Shown here: piece after piece, positions 49,457-62,219 of the stretch
How positions within the stretch are numbered: position 1 is the first letter of the stretch
Layout: every line of letters begins with the position of its first letter
Assembly: GCA_030390025.1 (NCBI GenBank)
Contig: CM059433.1
Location: 31,994,001 to 32,058,000, forward strand
Source of the DNA: Squalus acanthias
Taxonomy: Eukaryota
Direction: 5' to 3'
DNA: 64,000 bases
Translations under genes and position numbers: made by a program
The notes under the pieces: model-generated
Seen by the model: the letters and a program-made list of their open reading frames with translations, nothing else
What the model was told of the DNA's origin: nothing
Databases searched by the model: none

Positions 49457-52160
49457 TCAACAAGTCTTGGACACCAATGCCCCTCCGGAACCTTCTTCCC
49501 CTTCGCTTTCCTCTGACCCCATCCCTTCTCCCAATCTCACCCCCTGCCGTGTTTTCACTATCCCCTCTGACCTTCCCCTCTCTGACCCCGAACAATCAGT
49601 CCTTAGCAAAGGCCTGAGCTTCATCCCCTTACTCCCCCACCTCAATTAATTTCGAGCTCGGCACGACGCTGAGCTCTTTTCCCACCGCCTTCGTCTCCAT
49701 GCCCACTTCTTTGGCCATGGCTGACCCTTTCTCCCGCTTTCAGAATTCTAGTTCTACCTGGACCCCTCCCTCTGGCCTCTTAATCTCTTTAGATCTTTTC
49801 ATTGCAGACTGCCGGCATGACATCGGCCATCTCCATTTCTCTGCTCCCCTCACTCACTCCAACCGACCTCCCTCTGAACTTGCAGCACTCCATTCTCTCA
49901 GATCCAACCCCAACATAGTCAATAAACCTGCTGACAAGGGTGGTGCTGTTGTTGTTTGGCGAACCGACCTCTACCTCGCGGAAGCTGAATGCCAACTCTC
50001 CGACGCCTCCTCCTACCTCCGCCTGGACCATGACCCCACTACCGAACATCAAGCCACCGTTTCCAAGACAGTCACTGACCTCATCTCCTCTGGAGATCTT
50101 CCCCCCACGGCCGCCAACCTCATAGTTCCCCAACCACGCACAGCCCGCTTCTACCTCCTTCCCAAGATCCACAAACAGGACTGCCCTGGTAGACCCATCG
50201 TTTCAGCCTGTTCTTGCCCCACGGAACTTATCTCTTCCTATCTCGACTCTATTTTTTCTCCCCTTGTAGTCTCTTCCCACCTACATCCGCGACTCTTCCG
50301 ATGCCCTCCGCCACTTTAACAGTTTCCAGTTTCCTGGCCCCAACCGCCTCCTTTTCACTATGGACGTACAATCCCTCTACACCTCCATCCCCCACCAGGA
50401 TGGCTTTAGGGCGCTCCGCTTCTTCCTTGAACAGAGGCCCGACCAGTCCCCATCCACCACCACCCTCCTCTGCCTGGCTGAACTTGTTCTCACATTGAAC
50501 AACTTCTCCTTTGACTCCACTCACTTCCTCCAAATCAAAAGGTGTTGCTATGGGAACCCGCATGGGTCCTAGCTATGCCTGCCTTTTCGTGGGATATGTG
50601 GAACACTCTTTGTTCCAGTCCTACTCAGGTCCCCTCCCTCACCTCTTTTTCCGGTACATTGATGACTGTATCGGTGCTGTTTCCTGCTCTCGCCCTGAAC
50701 TAGATAATTTCATTCACTTTGCTTCCAATTTCCACCCTTCCTCACCTTCACATGGTCCATCTCCGACTCTTCCCTTCCCTTCCTCGACTTCTCCGTCTCC
50801 ATCTCTGGGGGTAGGTTATTGACAAACGTTCACTACAAGCCCACTGACTCCTATAGTTGCCTGGACTACACTTCCTCCCACCCCGCTTCCTGTAAGGACT
50901 CTATTCCATTCTCCCAGTTTCTCCGTCTCCGCCGTATCTGCTCTGACGATGCCACCTTCTATACCAGTGCTTCCAACATGTCTTCCTTTTTCCTCAACCG
51001 AGGATCCCCCTCTACTGTGGTTGACACGGCCCTTGACCATGTCCGTTCTATCTCCTGCACTTCTGCCCTCACCCCTGCCCCTCCCTCCCGGAACCACGAT
51101 AGAGTTCCCCTTGTCCTCACCTTTCACCCCACCAGCCTCCACATTCAACGGATCATCCTCCGCCATTTCCGCCACCTCCAGTGTGAGCCCACCACCAGAC
51201 ACATCTTCCCCTCACCTCCCCTTTCAGCATTCCGAAGGGAACGCTCCCTCCGCGACACCCTGGTCCACTCCTCTATCACCCCCAACACCCCTTCCCCTTC
51301 GCCCAGCACCTTCCCGTGCAAGCGCAGGAGATGCAACACATGCCCTTATATCTCCCCCCTTCCCACTGTCCAGGGCCCCAAACACCCCTTCCAGGTGAAA
51401 CAGCGATTTACTTGTACTTCTTGCAATTTAGTATACTGTATTCACTGCTCACGATGCAGTCTCCTCTACATTGGGGAGACCAAACTCAGATTGGGTGACC
51501 GCTTTGCGGAACACCTCCGTTCAGTCTGTAAAGGGGACCCCGAGCTTCCGATCGCCTGTCACTTTAATTCTTCACACCGCTCCCACTCAGACCTCACCGT
51601 CCTCGGCCTCTTGCATTGTTCCACTGAAGCTCAGCGGAAGCTCGAGGAACAGCACCTCATCTTTCGATTAGGCACTTTACAGCCCTCTGGACTCAACATA
51701 GAGTTCAACAATTTCAGATCATAACCTCGGCCCCTATCATATATATATTTTTTATCCACACTTTTTGTCTGTGTCTTTTTTTCTTCCCTCCCACATGGCA
51801 GCTGTCCTTCATTCAGCCAGCGCAATTTACACTTCATCTAGAGCCATCCTTTGTTTCTTAACCTGTCCCATTACCATCTCCTTTTGCCTTGAATATCTCT
51901 TAATGTCTCTTAACCCCTCCTGCCTTCCATCCTATCACAGACCTTCCCTTTTGTTCTTTCATCCCCTCCCCCCTTTCCCAGCCTCTGCACTTGTTTAAAA
52001 ATCTGTTCCATTTCCTGCTTTTTTCCAGTTCTGATGAAAGGTCATCGACCTGAAACGTTAACTGTTTCTCTCTTCACAAATGCTGCCTGACCTGCTGAGT
52101 ATCTCCAGCATTTTCTGTTTTTATTTCAGATTTCCAGCATCTGCGGTATTTTCTTTTTGT
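49457..52160 (+). mobile_element. Penelope-like retroelement (RT plus GIY-YIG endonuclease, frameshifted)
   Basis: LSKGLSFIP, KPADKGG, LPKIHK..GRPIVS, MDVQSLYTSIP, GVAMGTRMGP, RYIDD, YIGET; flanked by direct repeat ACTTAACAGGCT. Confidence 0.93.
52026..52064 (+). ncRNA. Minimal hammerhead ribozyme in a Penelope terminus
   Basis: CAGTT-CTGATGA-AAGGTCatcGACCT-GAAAC-GTT-AACTG. Confidence 0.75.
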
Positions 52161-52377
52161 ACTTAACAGGCTGTTAACTGCCTGAACTGCCTGTCCCGCC
52201 GTTTGGCATCCGATCAGTTAGAAGCGGCTGACCCAACACTTACGAAATTAGCGAGGGGGCGGGTTGGAGGTGGATTCGCAGCCAACCAGCATTTTTTCCG
52301 ATTTTCCCTGCTGACCCGCCTCCAAACCCGCCGTCTGAGGTCCATTAAAATCGAGCCCGTAGTTGCTGTTTTAATCT

Positions 52378-52545
52378 ACAACAACAATAACTTGCATTTA
52401 TATAGTGCCTTTAACGTAGTAAACCGTCACAAGGCGCTTCATAGGAGCGTTATCAAACAAATTTGACACCAAGCCACATAAGGAGATATTAGGACAGGTG
52501 ACCAAAAACTTGGTCAAAGAGGTAGATTTAAGGAGTGTCTTCAAT
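52378..52545 (-). mobile_element. L2 3' tail inserted in a SINE
   Basis: L2 tail sequence; the SINE resumes at ~52547. Confidence 0.75.
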
Positions 52546-52546
52546 G

Positions 52547-52880
52547 TAGGGAAGAAAGGCAGCCAATTTGCATACATCATAGTCCCACAAACAGCAATGA
52601 GATTAACGACAGATAATCTGTACTGATAGTGTTGCTTCAGGGATAAATGTTGGTCAGGCCACTAGTCTCTTCTTCCAATAGTGCCATGGGATTTTTTATG
52701 CCCACCTGAGAGGGCTGAAAGCCTCTCAGTTTAACCTCTCATCTGAAAAGACTGTGCTTCTGCCAATGCAGCCTACCCTCAACACTGCACGAGGGTGTCA
52801 GATTAGATTATGCGCTCAAGTCTCTGGCGTGGGGCTTCAATTTATGACCTTCTGATTCGGAGGCAACAATGCTACTACAG
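52547..52880 (-). mobile_element. SINE remainder (its tail part lies at ~44855-44930)
   Basis: Matches 46500-46860. Confidence 0.75.
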
Positions 52881-53019
52881 GCTGTTGTAATCATAGAGAT
52901 GCAACAAGGTAGGGAAACACTGTTGTGTGGAAATTCAGTGTGATCGTAAAGTCATCAGAACTGTTTAAGATTAAAATAAAAACTCTGACTAAATTTGGTG
53001 ACGAAACTGTGGATCTTGT

Positions 53020-54172
53020 TTATTTTTTATTCGTTCATAGGATGTGGGCATCACTGGCAAGGCCAGCATTTATTGCCCATCCCTAATTGCCCTTGAGAAG
53101 GTGGTGGTGAGCCGCCTTCATGAATCGCTGCAGTCCGTGTGGTGAAGGTACTCCCATAGTGCTGTTAGGGAGGGAGTTCCAGGATTCTGATCCAGCGACA
53201 ATGAAGGAACGGCGATATATTTCCAAGTCAGGATGGTGCATGACTTGGAGGAGAACGTGGAGATGATGGTGTTCCCATGTGCCTGCTGCCCTTGTCTTTC
53301 TTGATGGTAGAGGTCGCAGGTTTGGGAGATGCAGACGAAGAAGCCTTGGCGAGTTGCTGCAGTGAATCTTGTAGATGGTGCACACTGCAGCTACAGTGCG
53401 CCGGTGGTGGAGGGAGTGAATGTTTAAGGTGGTGGATGGGGTGCCAATTAAGTGGGCTGCTTTGTCCTGGATGGTGTCGAGCTTCTTGAGTGTTGTTGGA
53501 GCTGCACTCATCCAGGCAAGTGGAGAGTATTCCATCACACTCCTTACTTGTGCCTTGTAGCCTTGTAGATGGTGGAAAGGCTTTGGGGAGTCAGGAGGTG
53601 AGACACTCGCTGCTGAATAGCCAGCCTCTGACCTGCTCTCATAACCACAGTATTTATGTGGCTGGTCCAGTTAAGTTTCTGGTCAATGGTGACCCCCAGG
53701 ATATTGATGGTGGGGGATTTGGTGATGGTAATGCCGTTGAATGTCAAGGAGCAGTGGTTAGACTCTCGCTTGTTGGAGATAGTCATTGCCTGGCACTTCT
53801 GTGGCATGAATGTTACCTGCCACTTATCAGCCCAAGCCTGAATGTCGTCCAGATCTTGCTGCATGGACTGCTTCATTATCTGAGGAGTTGCGAATGGCAC
53901 TGAACACTGTGCAGTCATCAGCGAACATCCCCACTTCTGACCTTATGATGGAGGGAAGGTCATTGATGAAGCAGCTGAAGATGGTTGGGCCTAGGACACT
54001 GCCCTGAGGAACTCCTGCAGTGATGTCCTGGGGCTGTGATGATTGACCTCCAACCACCACAACCATCTTCCTTTGTGCTAGGTATGACTCCAGGCAGTGG
54101 AGAGTTTCCCCCCCATTCCCATTGACTTCAGTTTTACTAGGGCTCCTTGATGCCACACTCGGTCAAATGCTG
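53020..54172 (-). mobile_element. 3' part of the same LINE family as 18471-21745
   Basis: GVPQGSVLGPTIFSCFINDL, MFADD and shared 3' tail. Confidence 0.9.
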
Positions 54173-54179
54173 CTCGGTC

Positions 54180-54612
54180 AGATTCACCAGGGCTAAAAGG
54201 GGTAAATTATGAGGACAGATTGCATAGACTAGACCTGCATTCCCTTGTGTATAGAAGATTAAAGGGTGATCTAATCCAAATGTTTAAGATGATTAAAGGA
54301 GTTGATAGGGTAGAGAGAGAGAAACTATTTCCTCTGGAGGGGGAGAGTCCAGAACAAGCGGGCATAACCGTAAAACTAGAGCTAGGCCATTCAGGGATGA
54401 TGTCAGGAAGCACTACTTCACACAAAGTATAGTGGGAATCTGGAACTCTGTCTCACAAAAAGCAGTTGAGGCTGGGGGCCAATTGAACATTTCAAATTGA
54501 GATTGATAGATTTTTGTTAAGCAAGGATATTAAAGGTTACGGAACAAAAGCAGTTGATGGAGTTAAGATACAGATCAGGCTTGAGGGATTGAATGGCCTA
54601 CTCCTGTTCCTA
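54180..54612 (+). mobile_element. CR1 LINE 3' fragment
   Basis: LHRLDLHSLVYRRLKGDLIQMFKMIKG and CR1 tail. Confidence 0.85.
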
Positions 54613-54849
54613 GATCCAGAGCCACAACGTCTGGAATGGCTGGGGGGGGTGGCGGGGGGGAGGGGAAGCAATGGCTCTGAATCCACACACAAACTGGGAA
54701 ACACTCTACCAATTGAATATTTAAACACTTTTACATTCATACCTCCTCTTCATTATTCTGCTGGTCTCTCTTCAGCCTGCATGAAATATATGCCTTTTTA
54801 AGTTACATCATTCTTGTTAGATGGACTGCTTTTGCACATTAGTGGTATT

Positions 54850-55601
54850 GGGGCAGAAATTCAGCTGTTGTTGGGTGAGTACGCACTGTGTACTCACCCG
54901 TGGACGGAACGAAAGTGCCGGTTTCTTGCATGCACTGCGCATGCGCGGGAAACTGGCACTTCCATTCCCCTGAGGAAAGGGGTTCAGAGGTCGAACGGGC
55001 CAGCGCGTTCGCCTCGCACTTCGGATTTTTTTACAGGTTCCTCCGTGAAGGTAAGCACGGAGAAGATAGACTTTTAAAAAAGATGCGCAAGGCCTTCTTT
55101 TAAAAAGGTAAGTGTTGATTTTATTAAAATTTAAACATTTTTTTCACAGATTTATCTTTTTTAATTACTTTAAAGAAAGCTAAGTTTAGTTTTAGCCCCG
55201 TTAAAAAATGTAATTAATTTTTAATTTTTTTTAATTTTTGTTTAAAATAGTTAATTAATGTAATTTATAGTTATTTTAAAAATGTGATGTTTTTTAAAAA
55301 AAATATTTGTAGTTTTAGGGATGTTTTGGGGCCGATCTGTATTCATAGATTTGACAGGTCTTCCTGTCAAATCTATGAATGAAAGATGGTCTGCCGCCAT
55401 TGGCTCTCCATGACCCACGTGATCCCAGGGGACGCATCGCACTAACTACGCCCCTGGGATACGCAAGCCCTGCGCGCCGACAGTTGGGGGAGGCCCAGGA
55501 GCCGAAGTCCCCGTGGGCCCAGAGGTCAACGCAGGCACGGTAGGTAGGTGCGCGCGCGATCCTTGCACCCGCGGGAAGCCAGGGAGCCGAATTTCTGGCC
55601 C
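54850..55601. mobile_element. Harbinger-type MITE (family 2)
   Basis: TIR GGGGCAGAAATTC / GAATTTCTGGCCC; colinear with 15262-16004. Confidence 0.7.
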
Positions 55602-56036
55602 AATTATCTTGTTCTGTGGATCAGTTCTCACAGTCCTGTCTTGTTCTCTTGATTAGTTCTCTTGTTCTGTTCTGATGATTAAGTTGATTAAGTCTGTGGC
55701 CTTGACCACTTTGAGAAGCAAAATTTGATTTCTATTGCAAACATTTTCTTTGTGATTTTCTACTTCTTTTGATGTTTCACTGAAATTTACCAATGTTTAA
55801 TGTAAACTATTTGCACATTGTTTCCACTTGCGAGAGTGTCTTACATACTTAATGACTTGTGTTCAAAAATGAGATTTCTGTTGGTATGTTGCACGATTGT
55901 TATGTTTTATTTTTACGTTTGATACTTCTCAGCCACCATAACCAGGCTTTTGTGGCATCTTTCACTGTAAACTGAAACAATCTCTTAACCCTATTATTTA
56001 AATAAAAAACGAAAACATTAGAGAAACAGGGATACA

Positions 56037-56160
56037 AAAGCAAAATACTGCTGATGCTGGAAATTTGAAATAAAAACAGGAAATGCAGGTAATACTCAGC
56101 AGGTCAGGCAGCATCTGTGGAGAGAGAAACAGAGTTAACGTTTCAGCTCGATGACCTTCT
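56037..56160 (-). mobile_element. Penelope terminal fragment
   Basis: Reverse complement of ~10150-10275; hammerhead truncated. Confidence 0.8.
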
Positions 56161-56996
56161 GACAAGAGAAACAGGGAGTTGCTGTAATCTGTACTCCTGT
56201 CGCTGTATTCTTAACTGTGCAAACTGGATCAGCCAGGGAACCAGAATATTTCCTATCCAGACTTCTGCGTGGCTGTCTTGTATTGTAAAGTCAAACACAA
56301 TAGGACTGATTAGCAGCCCTATCCATGGAAGGTGAAATTGCACATGCATGGGGACGCAAAACAGATGGACCCGTATATGCTCTGCCCGATATTCAGTTCT
56401 ACTGAAATCAACGGAACTGAGTATCAGGCGGAGCGTATAACAGGAAACCAATGCGATACCACCTGTTCATTGTCCCTTTTCACCCCCAGAGACTGTACAG
56501 TACTGAGAGGTAAAAACTTAATTTGTAGACGGCACATACAGTAACATCACCAAAATATAGACAATCGAGGTGAAGGGATAATTACTAGTCCTAGCCCCTT
56601 TTGGGCTACCCCGGATCAGGTGTATTTCTCAAGACGTTCACTTTCAACTAAAGTTTGAAGTAGCCGAATCCTAAAGATGCTTAATTGGGTCTAAAGGTCC
56701 AGACTATCTCTCCCTAAAGGAAAGGAACAACCCGAGAATGTTACCGTCCTCCAGATAGCACTTTTAATAAGTTTAGCTGGACTGTAACGTTCCGGATATT
56801 ATGAGGGTCCGGTAAACTCCCTCAGAATCTGCAACTCCTCACCAAAGAGTGTACAGAGATTGAGTTCGCAAGTTTTTGATACAGAAGTCTTATGTGAGAC
56901 AATTCTAAAAATATATAGATTTACTAAAGAACCGACATGCAATTTACAGTTGGCGAATCAATCGCAACATTAACAGTTCCAAAAAGAGAAAACTTA

Positions 56997-57885
56997 GGGG
57001 GGAAAATTCAGTCAGTTGTGCCTCCCGTTAGCACCTTAAGAGGGCACTAATGGGGCGCAAAGCATCTAGCGCCCAGGCGCAGCGATGTTTGCGCCGCTCG
57101 TGAAATTAACTAGACATTTTGCGGCGACGCTAAACACTACCGCCACGATCTCCTGCGCCAGCAGATCGTGACGTCAGTCGAGTGCGCAGCACCCCGGTAT
57201 CGCCCCGGAGCAGATATTGAGTGGCGCCCCCTGCCTTACCGCCTGACGCTAGCAACGACAGGTTGAGGGGAGCAAATTGCAGTCATGAAGGGACTGGGGG
57301 GGCGCTATTTAAAGGCGACCGCTTCCTGCCTTTTATTGTTGGTGCCATTTTTGAACCACGCATTCTGAGAAAGAGAAAGACTTCTGGAGAGATTCAACGC
57401 TTTGTGAAGGAGTTTTGGGTACTGAGCAGCACTTTGCAGGTTCATTTTGATTTGCCATGCCTTGTATCGATTTAGAAGAGATTGTGGGGGCTGCACTCTA
57501 AGCTCTTTCCCTGGTACTCTCCATCATTCTTTCCAGCAGATTTGATGTGCAGGTCTCTCCAGGCAGAGATTCAAGGCTGCAATGAGCAGGATGTGGATTG
57601 AAAGCAAGATCAACCCTCCCCTTTAAGAACTGGCCGGTGCCATTGTGTGTGTGTTCCATTGCTGACTGACATCACATGAGCTTCGCCAGTGCTCTGAGGT
57701 AGCGCCTCGTTCCTCGGCCTTTGCGCCTTAAGACAGGAGTGAAGCGCCTGATTTAGCACTCCAATCACCTCCAGGGGCGATAAAAGTCAAGTTTGCAGTC
57801 GGTGGCGATAATTAGCGCCAGGCGCTAATCTTTGCGCCCGGCCGATACTTGCGCCCCAAATGGGGCGATACTGAATTTCTCCCCC
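56997..57885. mobile_element. Harbinger-type MITE (family 1), intact
   Basis: 13-bp TIRs GGGGGGAAAATTC / GAATTTCTCCCCC with 3-bp TTA TSD. Confidence 0.85.
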
Positions 57886-58796
57886 TTAAAATCTTATTAT
57901 TAATAGAGAATCTTACTTTTAAATCTTAACTTCACTACAGTATTACAGTTCTTAGTGTTCTACAGGATATCCACCAAAATCAAATACCTTTGATCCCCGA
58001 GGGACAAAGAGCCGCCTCTGAAGCCGAGAATCTCTTTGCCCGATTAAAGCGAATCTGTTATCCCATTTGAGAGTTCAATATTTATACCTTTTTCCAGTGG
58101 TATTTCCTTTAAGGTTTTCTGCTGATGCAAGCTAATTATCTCTAGTCATTTTTCTGCCGACCACTGCAACTCTTACTGCCACCTCAGCCAGACTCATGTC
58201 TCATCTCTAGGTGTTCTAAGTTTACCATATAAAAAACGGTGTGATGTCAGAAGTTCCTTACTTGAATCATCTTTACGAGGGCAGATGTTCCTTACTTTAT
58301 GTTCTTCTTTCTGAAGTGTAAATCAGAACACCTTATCCATGGTGAACCATTGTTTTTGTTCCCAAAGGTCAGCCTGTCGGAGCCCTTCACCTTCTGTTTC
58401 AATAAGGCTATTTATTCAGGGTCAACAACTGTCTTATCTCAATAGCTAGAATGCTTCCACAGCTATTTCATAGTTAAGTTTCTAAATTTCCAAATTTCCA
58501 AACCCAGTTTGTCATGTTTTAATAAGGTCAGAATTCTTTCATAAGATAGTGTATTTTTCTGAATAGGTTATATGGCTTATTCCTTCACAGAAGCTCCAGC
58601 AAGGTGCCAGACCAATGTTACTGTGTCCAATAAAGTGTTGACTAATAGTGCAAAGTTGCATTTGATGGAATTAGCATATTGTAATAATACTGGCGTTTAT
58701 AGCTAGAATAGCTCATGCTCGTGTTACTTTAAATAGTTTTTTTGTGTATTGTGAATCATTATAATGAATGGGATCCATTCCATGCTTTTGCTGTTA

Positions 58797-59160
58797 TTGG
58801 TTGTGGACTAGCAACCCAGAGGTCATGAGTTCAAATCCCATCATAGCAAATTGATTTCAGTAAATCTCGCATGATGTGGGCGAGCACCAGAAAATTGATC
58901 ATGAAAGCTGCTGGGTTGTCATAAAACCCATCTGGTTCACTGGTGCCCTTCAGGGAAAGGAACCTGCCACATCTGCCCAGTCTAGCCTACACACGTGTCT
59001 AAACCACACCATATGGTTGACTCTGAATGGCCCAGCAAGTCACTCAGTTGTAGCAACCATTCCTATTTCAAGAAGGAAGCCCACCAACACTTTCTCTGAG
59101 CAACAAGGGATGGGCAGTAAATGTGGCCTTTCCGGTGTCATCCACATCCTGGGAACAAAC
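58797..59160 (+). mobile_element. SINE sharing both its 5' tRNA-like head/body and its 3' tail with the LINE at 18471-21745
   Basis: GAGTTCAAATCCCA..AAACCCATCTGGTTCACT..CACTCAGTTGTA joined to the TTCAAGAAGG..CACCA..AGGGATGGG tail. Confidence 0.75.
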
Positions 59161-59266
59161 AGACAAAATATATTTTTAATAAATTCTTATGAAGTTGTTT
59201 GTGCTTATCAGTGGTGGGGAATAGAGAGCTTATACACTTTTTTACTTAGTGTTAAAGAAAAAAAGA

Positions 59267-59570
59267 ACTTGCATTTATAAAGTGCCTATCATGTCCTCAT
59301 AAGTCCCAAAACACTTCACAGCCAATTAAGTCCTTTTGAAGTGTGGTCAGGTAGGGACATGCAGCAGCCAATTTACACACAGCAAGGTCACACAAACAGC
59401 AAACAATAAGTGACCAGATAATCTGTTTTTGTGGTGTTGGTTGAGGAATAAATGTTGGCCAGGAGACTAGCAGAATTCTCCTATTCCTCTTTGAAGAACA
59501 GCACAGGACATTTTACATCTATCTGAGAGGGCAGACAAGTCCTCAGTTTAATGTCTCACCTCCGTTACAG
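59267..59570 (-). mobile_element. DeuSINE-like SINE interrupted by a Harbinger derivative (resumes ~60637-60670)
   Basis: Matches 46406-46750. Confidence 0.75.
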
Positions 59571-59575
59571 ACAGT

Positions 59576-60636
59576 GACCTAGAAATTCGTATGCCCCCAA
59601 AAACAGGTGTTGGGATCACGATGCGCTATCACACCGTGACGTTCGGAGGACTGCAGGCAGCACGCGAACTTTGTGCTGCCTGCTCATTTCCGATCCTATT
59701 TATGCCCTCTCCTGGCATAAAGAGCGTCTGTCACCTCTCTTATGCAGCAGTGGATGGGGAACTGGGAGATGTTACAGATGCCACCTGTTCCAGCCTGGAC
59801 GGATCCCGACGTGATGAAATTCAGGGCCACGGTCACCTTCACAGTCACTGGCAGCACTGTCCTTGCCCTGGAGTGAGGCTGCAGGTCTGGTTGCAAGAGG
59901 TAGCAGAATTCAGTGAGCAACTCCTTCGTAAAGCCTCACACACTGCTCCTGGCTCAGGCTGAGGTAAGAGAATTGCTCTCGGAAGGCCCTAGGTGGGTAA
60001 GGCCTCTTGCTGAGAGCCCTTCTCTCCCTCCTCCCTCTGCGAGCAGCTTGTCCTCTTCTTTGCTGTCTCTGCTCCATCTCCCTGTCTTGCTGTAGGCCAA
60101 GGGAGATGACAACTTGAGCACCCATGACTGGGAGCAAGTGGTCTGATCAGAACCCTTGAATTCAGAAGCAAGGCCTTCTCCACTGGCAGCATCACTCCCT
60201 GTCACCTCACAAAATTTAAAAAACTCTGGAAAGCTCCAACCACTTCCACAAACTTACACAGAGCCAGCAGAAATTAATCAGCAACTCACCTGAGAGCGGT
60301 TGATGTTCCCTTTAAATATCGCTGGTAGCAGCTCCTTGCAGTTGCTGAACTCATGTTCAACTTTGCAAGATTAACACAAGCTGTTACTTCCAGCGTTGAG
60401 GATGGAAATGGCAGCATTGGCATCAAATCAGCGTTGCTGTTGATTTGCGTCATAATCTGCCTACTCTATATACTTCTGATGCAGGCTCCCAGCACCGACG
60501 CTAACGCCCTCACCAAGGTGGCATCCAGTGCAGCCCATACCAGATTTGTGCCTGCGCGACCCAGACGCCATTTTTGAACCAAAACGACATCCATAGCGCC
60601 CAAAGAACAGGCACTACACAATCAAATTTTTAGCCC
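59576..60636 (-). mobile_element. Internally deleted Harbinger element retaining the transposase N-terminus
   Basis: TIR-like ends GACCTAGAAATT / AATTTTTAGCCC; RPYPPRAFREQFSYL and LPVTVKVTVALNF..IREVTDALY. Confidence 0.75.
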
Positions 60637-61587
60637 AGCACCTCTGAAACTTCAGCACTCCCTAAGCACTAAAATTAAATGACAACGTAGAATATGTGCT
60701 GAAGTCTCTGGAGTGAAATTTGAGCATCAAGTACTTCCACAACAGATTTAGCAAAGAACAAGATAAAATTATAACGTACCCTTTGCACTGCCCAACAATA
60801 CATCTTAGCCCCAGCCTGAGATGAGGATCCTCCACTGCACTCTTTTGTTGCTTCTTCTTCCTGCAACAGCCATTCTCAGGGCATCTTGGAGAGATGGATT
60901 CAATGAGACTAAATGGTAAATTGTTGCCGATTTATGCTAAGGACATGTGGCCAGTAGAAAAGTCGGTTGTTAGTACACCAGACTGGTTACATTTCTTGCC
61001 AAAAAGAGAACACTTTTATCCTATCTGTCGAAGACTTGAAAGGGTAGGGTGCTAACTAACTTCGCCACTACATTTTATATCAAATAATATTCTAAAAGAT
61101 TCACAGGGTTCCCAATACTTTGTTTTAATCGCAAACCCAAGCTTTTCATTGTCAAAAAAAAGGAAAGTTTGGATCCTAATAATGAAATGATTTCATTGAG
61201 GCTACAAATTTGTAACATGTTTACAAATTGAGGAAAATCTCTGATAAAGGGAATCTGTGTGGAGAGACCAAGCGAAGTCTGTGATCCACTGACCAAAGGA
61301 CCCTGGACCATTTTCCTAGTGCAGAGAGGTCAAGGAGAAAATTGGTATTATAGCGCTTTTATGTGGTGTTGATGCCATTCTCCGTGTTTACATAGGTTCC
61401 AACACAACCACCAGTGGACCAAGGATGCTAATTAACCTAACTACTAGGAAGTGAATCCAATCCAGTTCAATAAGTATGTATTTCTGACGATTAAAAAACA
61501 ATGGCACTTCTACAATATGTTTTCGTTTAACATGGACTTAATATTATTACTGGATAGAAACCTGCTTAGCAGAGTGGTCATGTCAAA

Positions 61588-61850
61588 AGGTAAGCGTTCT
61601 CCAAGGCGGCCTTCGAGACACACGACAACGCAAAATCATCGCGCAGAAACTGATAGCCAAGTTCTGCACCCATGAGGATGGCCTCAACCGGGATCTTGGG
61701 TTCATGTCACGCTACATGTAACCCCACCTGATGTAGAGTCATCCAGACTCGAGTCGTCATTGGCTTGTTCTCTCTACACAGATGCGGCCGGACCTGCTGT
61801 GATTTCCAGCAAAAAAAGTTTTTTGTTTTCCATACAGACCCCAGCATCGG
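61588..61850 (+). mobile_element. Penelope GIY-YIG C-terminus and terminal fragment
   Basis: Homologous to the 62487-62625 minus-strand region (QKLIAKF..HEDGLNRDLGFMSRY). Confidence 0.75.
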
Positions 61851-62028
61851 CCACATTGTCTTTGATGTAATGTTTTCCTGACTGACCAGTTTGGACACCA
61901 TCCACACCTTTGATTGCCGTGATTGTCTCTCTGCCGAGGTGTGATAAAGGGCAGTTAGAAAGATTAACTGTAATCATCTGGCAGTGTTCTCTGACTATAA
62001 ATGCTGTGCCTATATGCATCTCTTCACT

Positions 62029-62065
62029 TCACCTGACGAAGGAGCAGCGCTCCGAAAGCTTGTGA
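62029..62065 (+). ncRNA. Minimal hammerhead ribozyme (second Penelope family)
   Basis: TCAC-CTGACGA-AGGAGCagcGCTCC-GAAAG-CTT-GTGA. Confidence 0.75.
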
Positions 62066-62219
62066 TTTCAAATAAAGCTGTTGGACTATAACCTGGTGTT
62101 GTGCGACTTCTCACAGATGTCAAAAGGTCATGATGTGGAGATGCCGGCGTTGGACTGGGGTGGACAAAAATGAGAAGTCGCACAACACCAGGTTATAGTC
62201 CAACAGATTTATTTAAAAT

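Larger units (their letters stand above)
44933..52358. mobile_element. PIF/Harbinger DNA transposon (Myb/SANT gene plus transposase, convergent) with nested SINE and Penelope insertions
   Basis: TIRs GAGCTCGCTTTTAATGGA / TCCATTAAAATCGAGCCC; two-gene organisation; flanked by the two halves of a SINE. Confidence 0.8.

Noticed and set aside
56783..58588. Possible minus-strand solo LTR (TGTAAC...TTCACA) hosting the 57-kb MITE
   Set aside because: No matching TSD and no second copy in the window, so the boundaries cannot be supported
61725..61760. Hammerhead-like sequence CTGATGTA-GAGTCatccaGACTC-GAGTCG
   Set aside because: Both core boxes are mutated; a dead remnant at best
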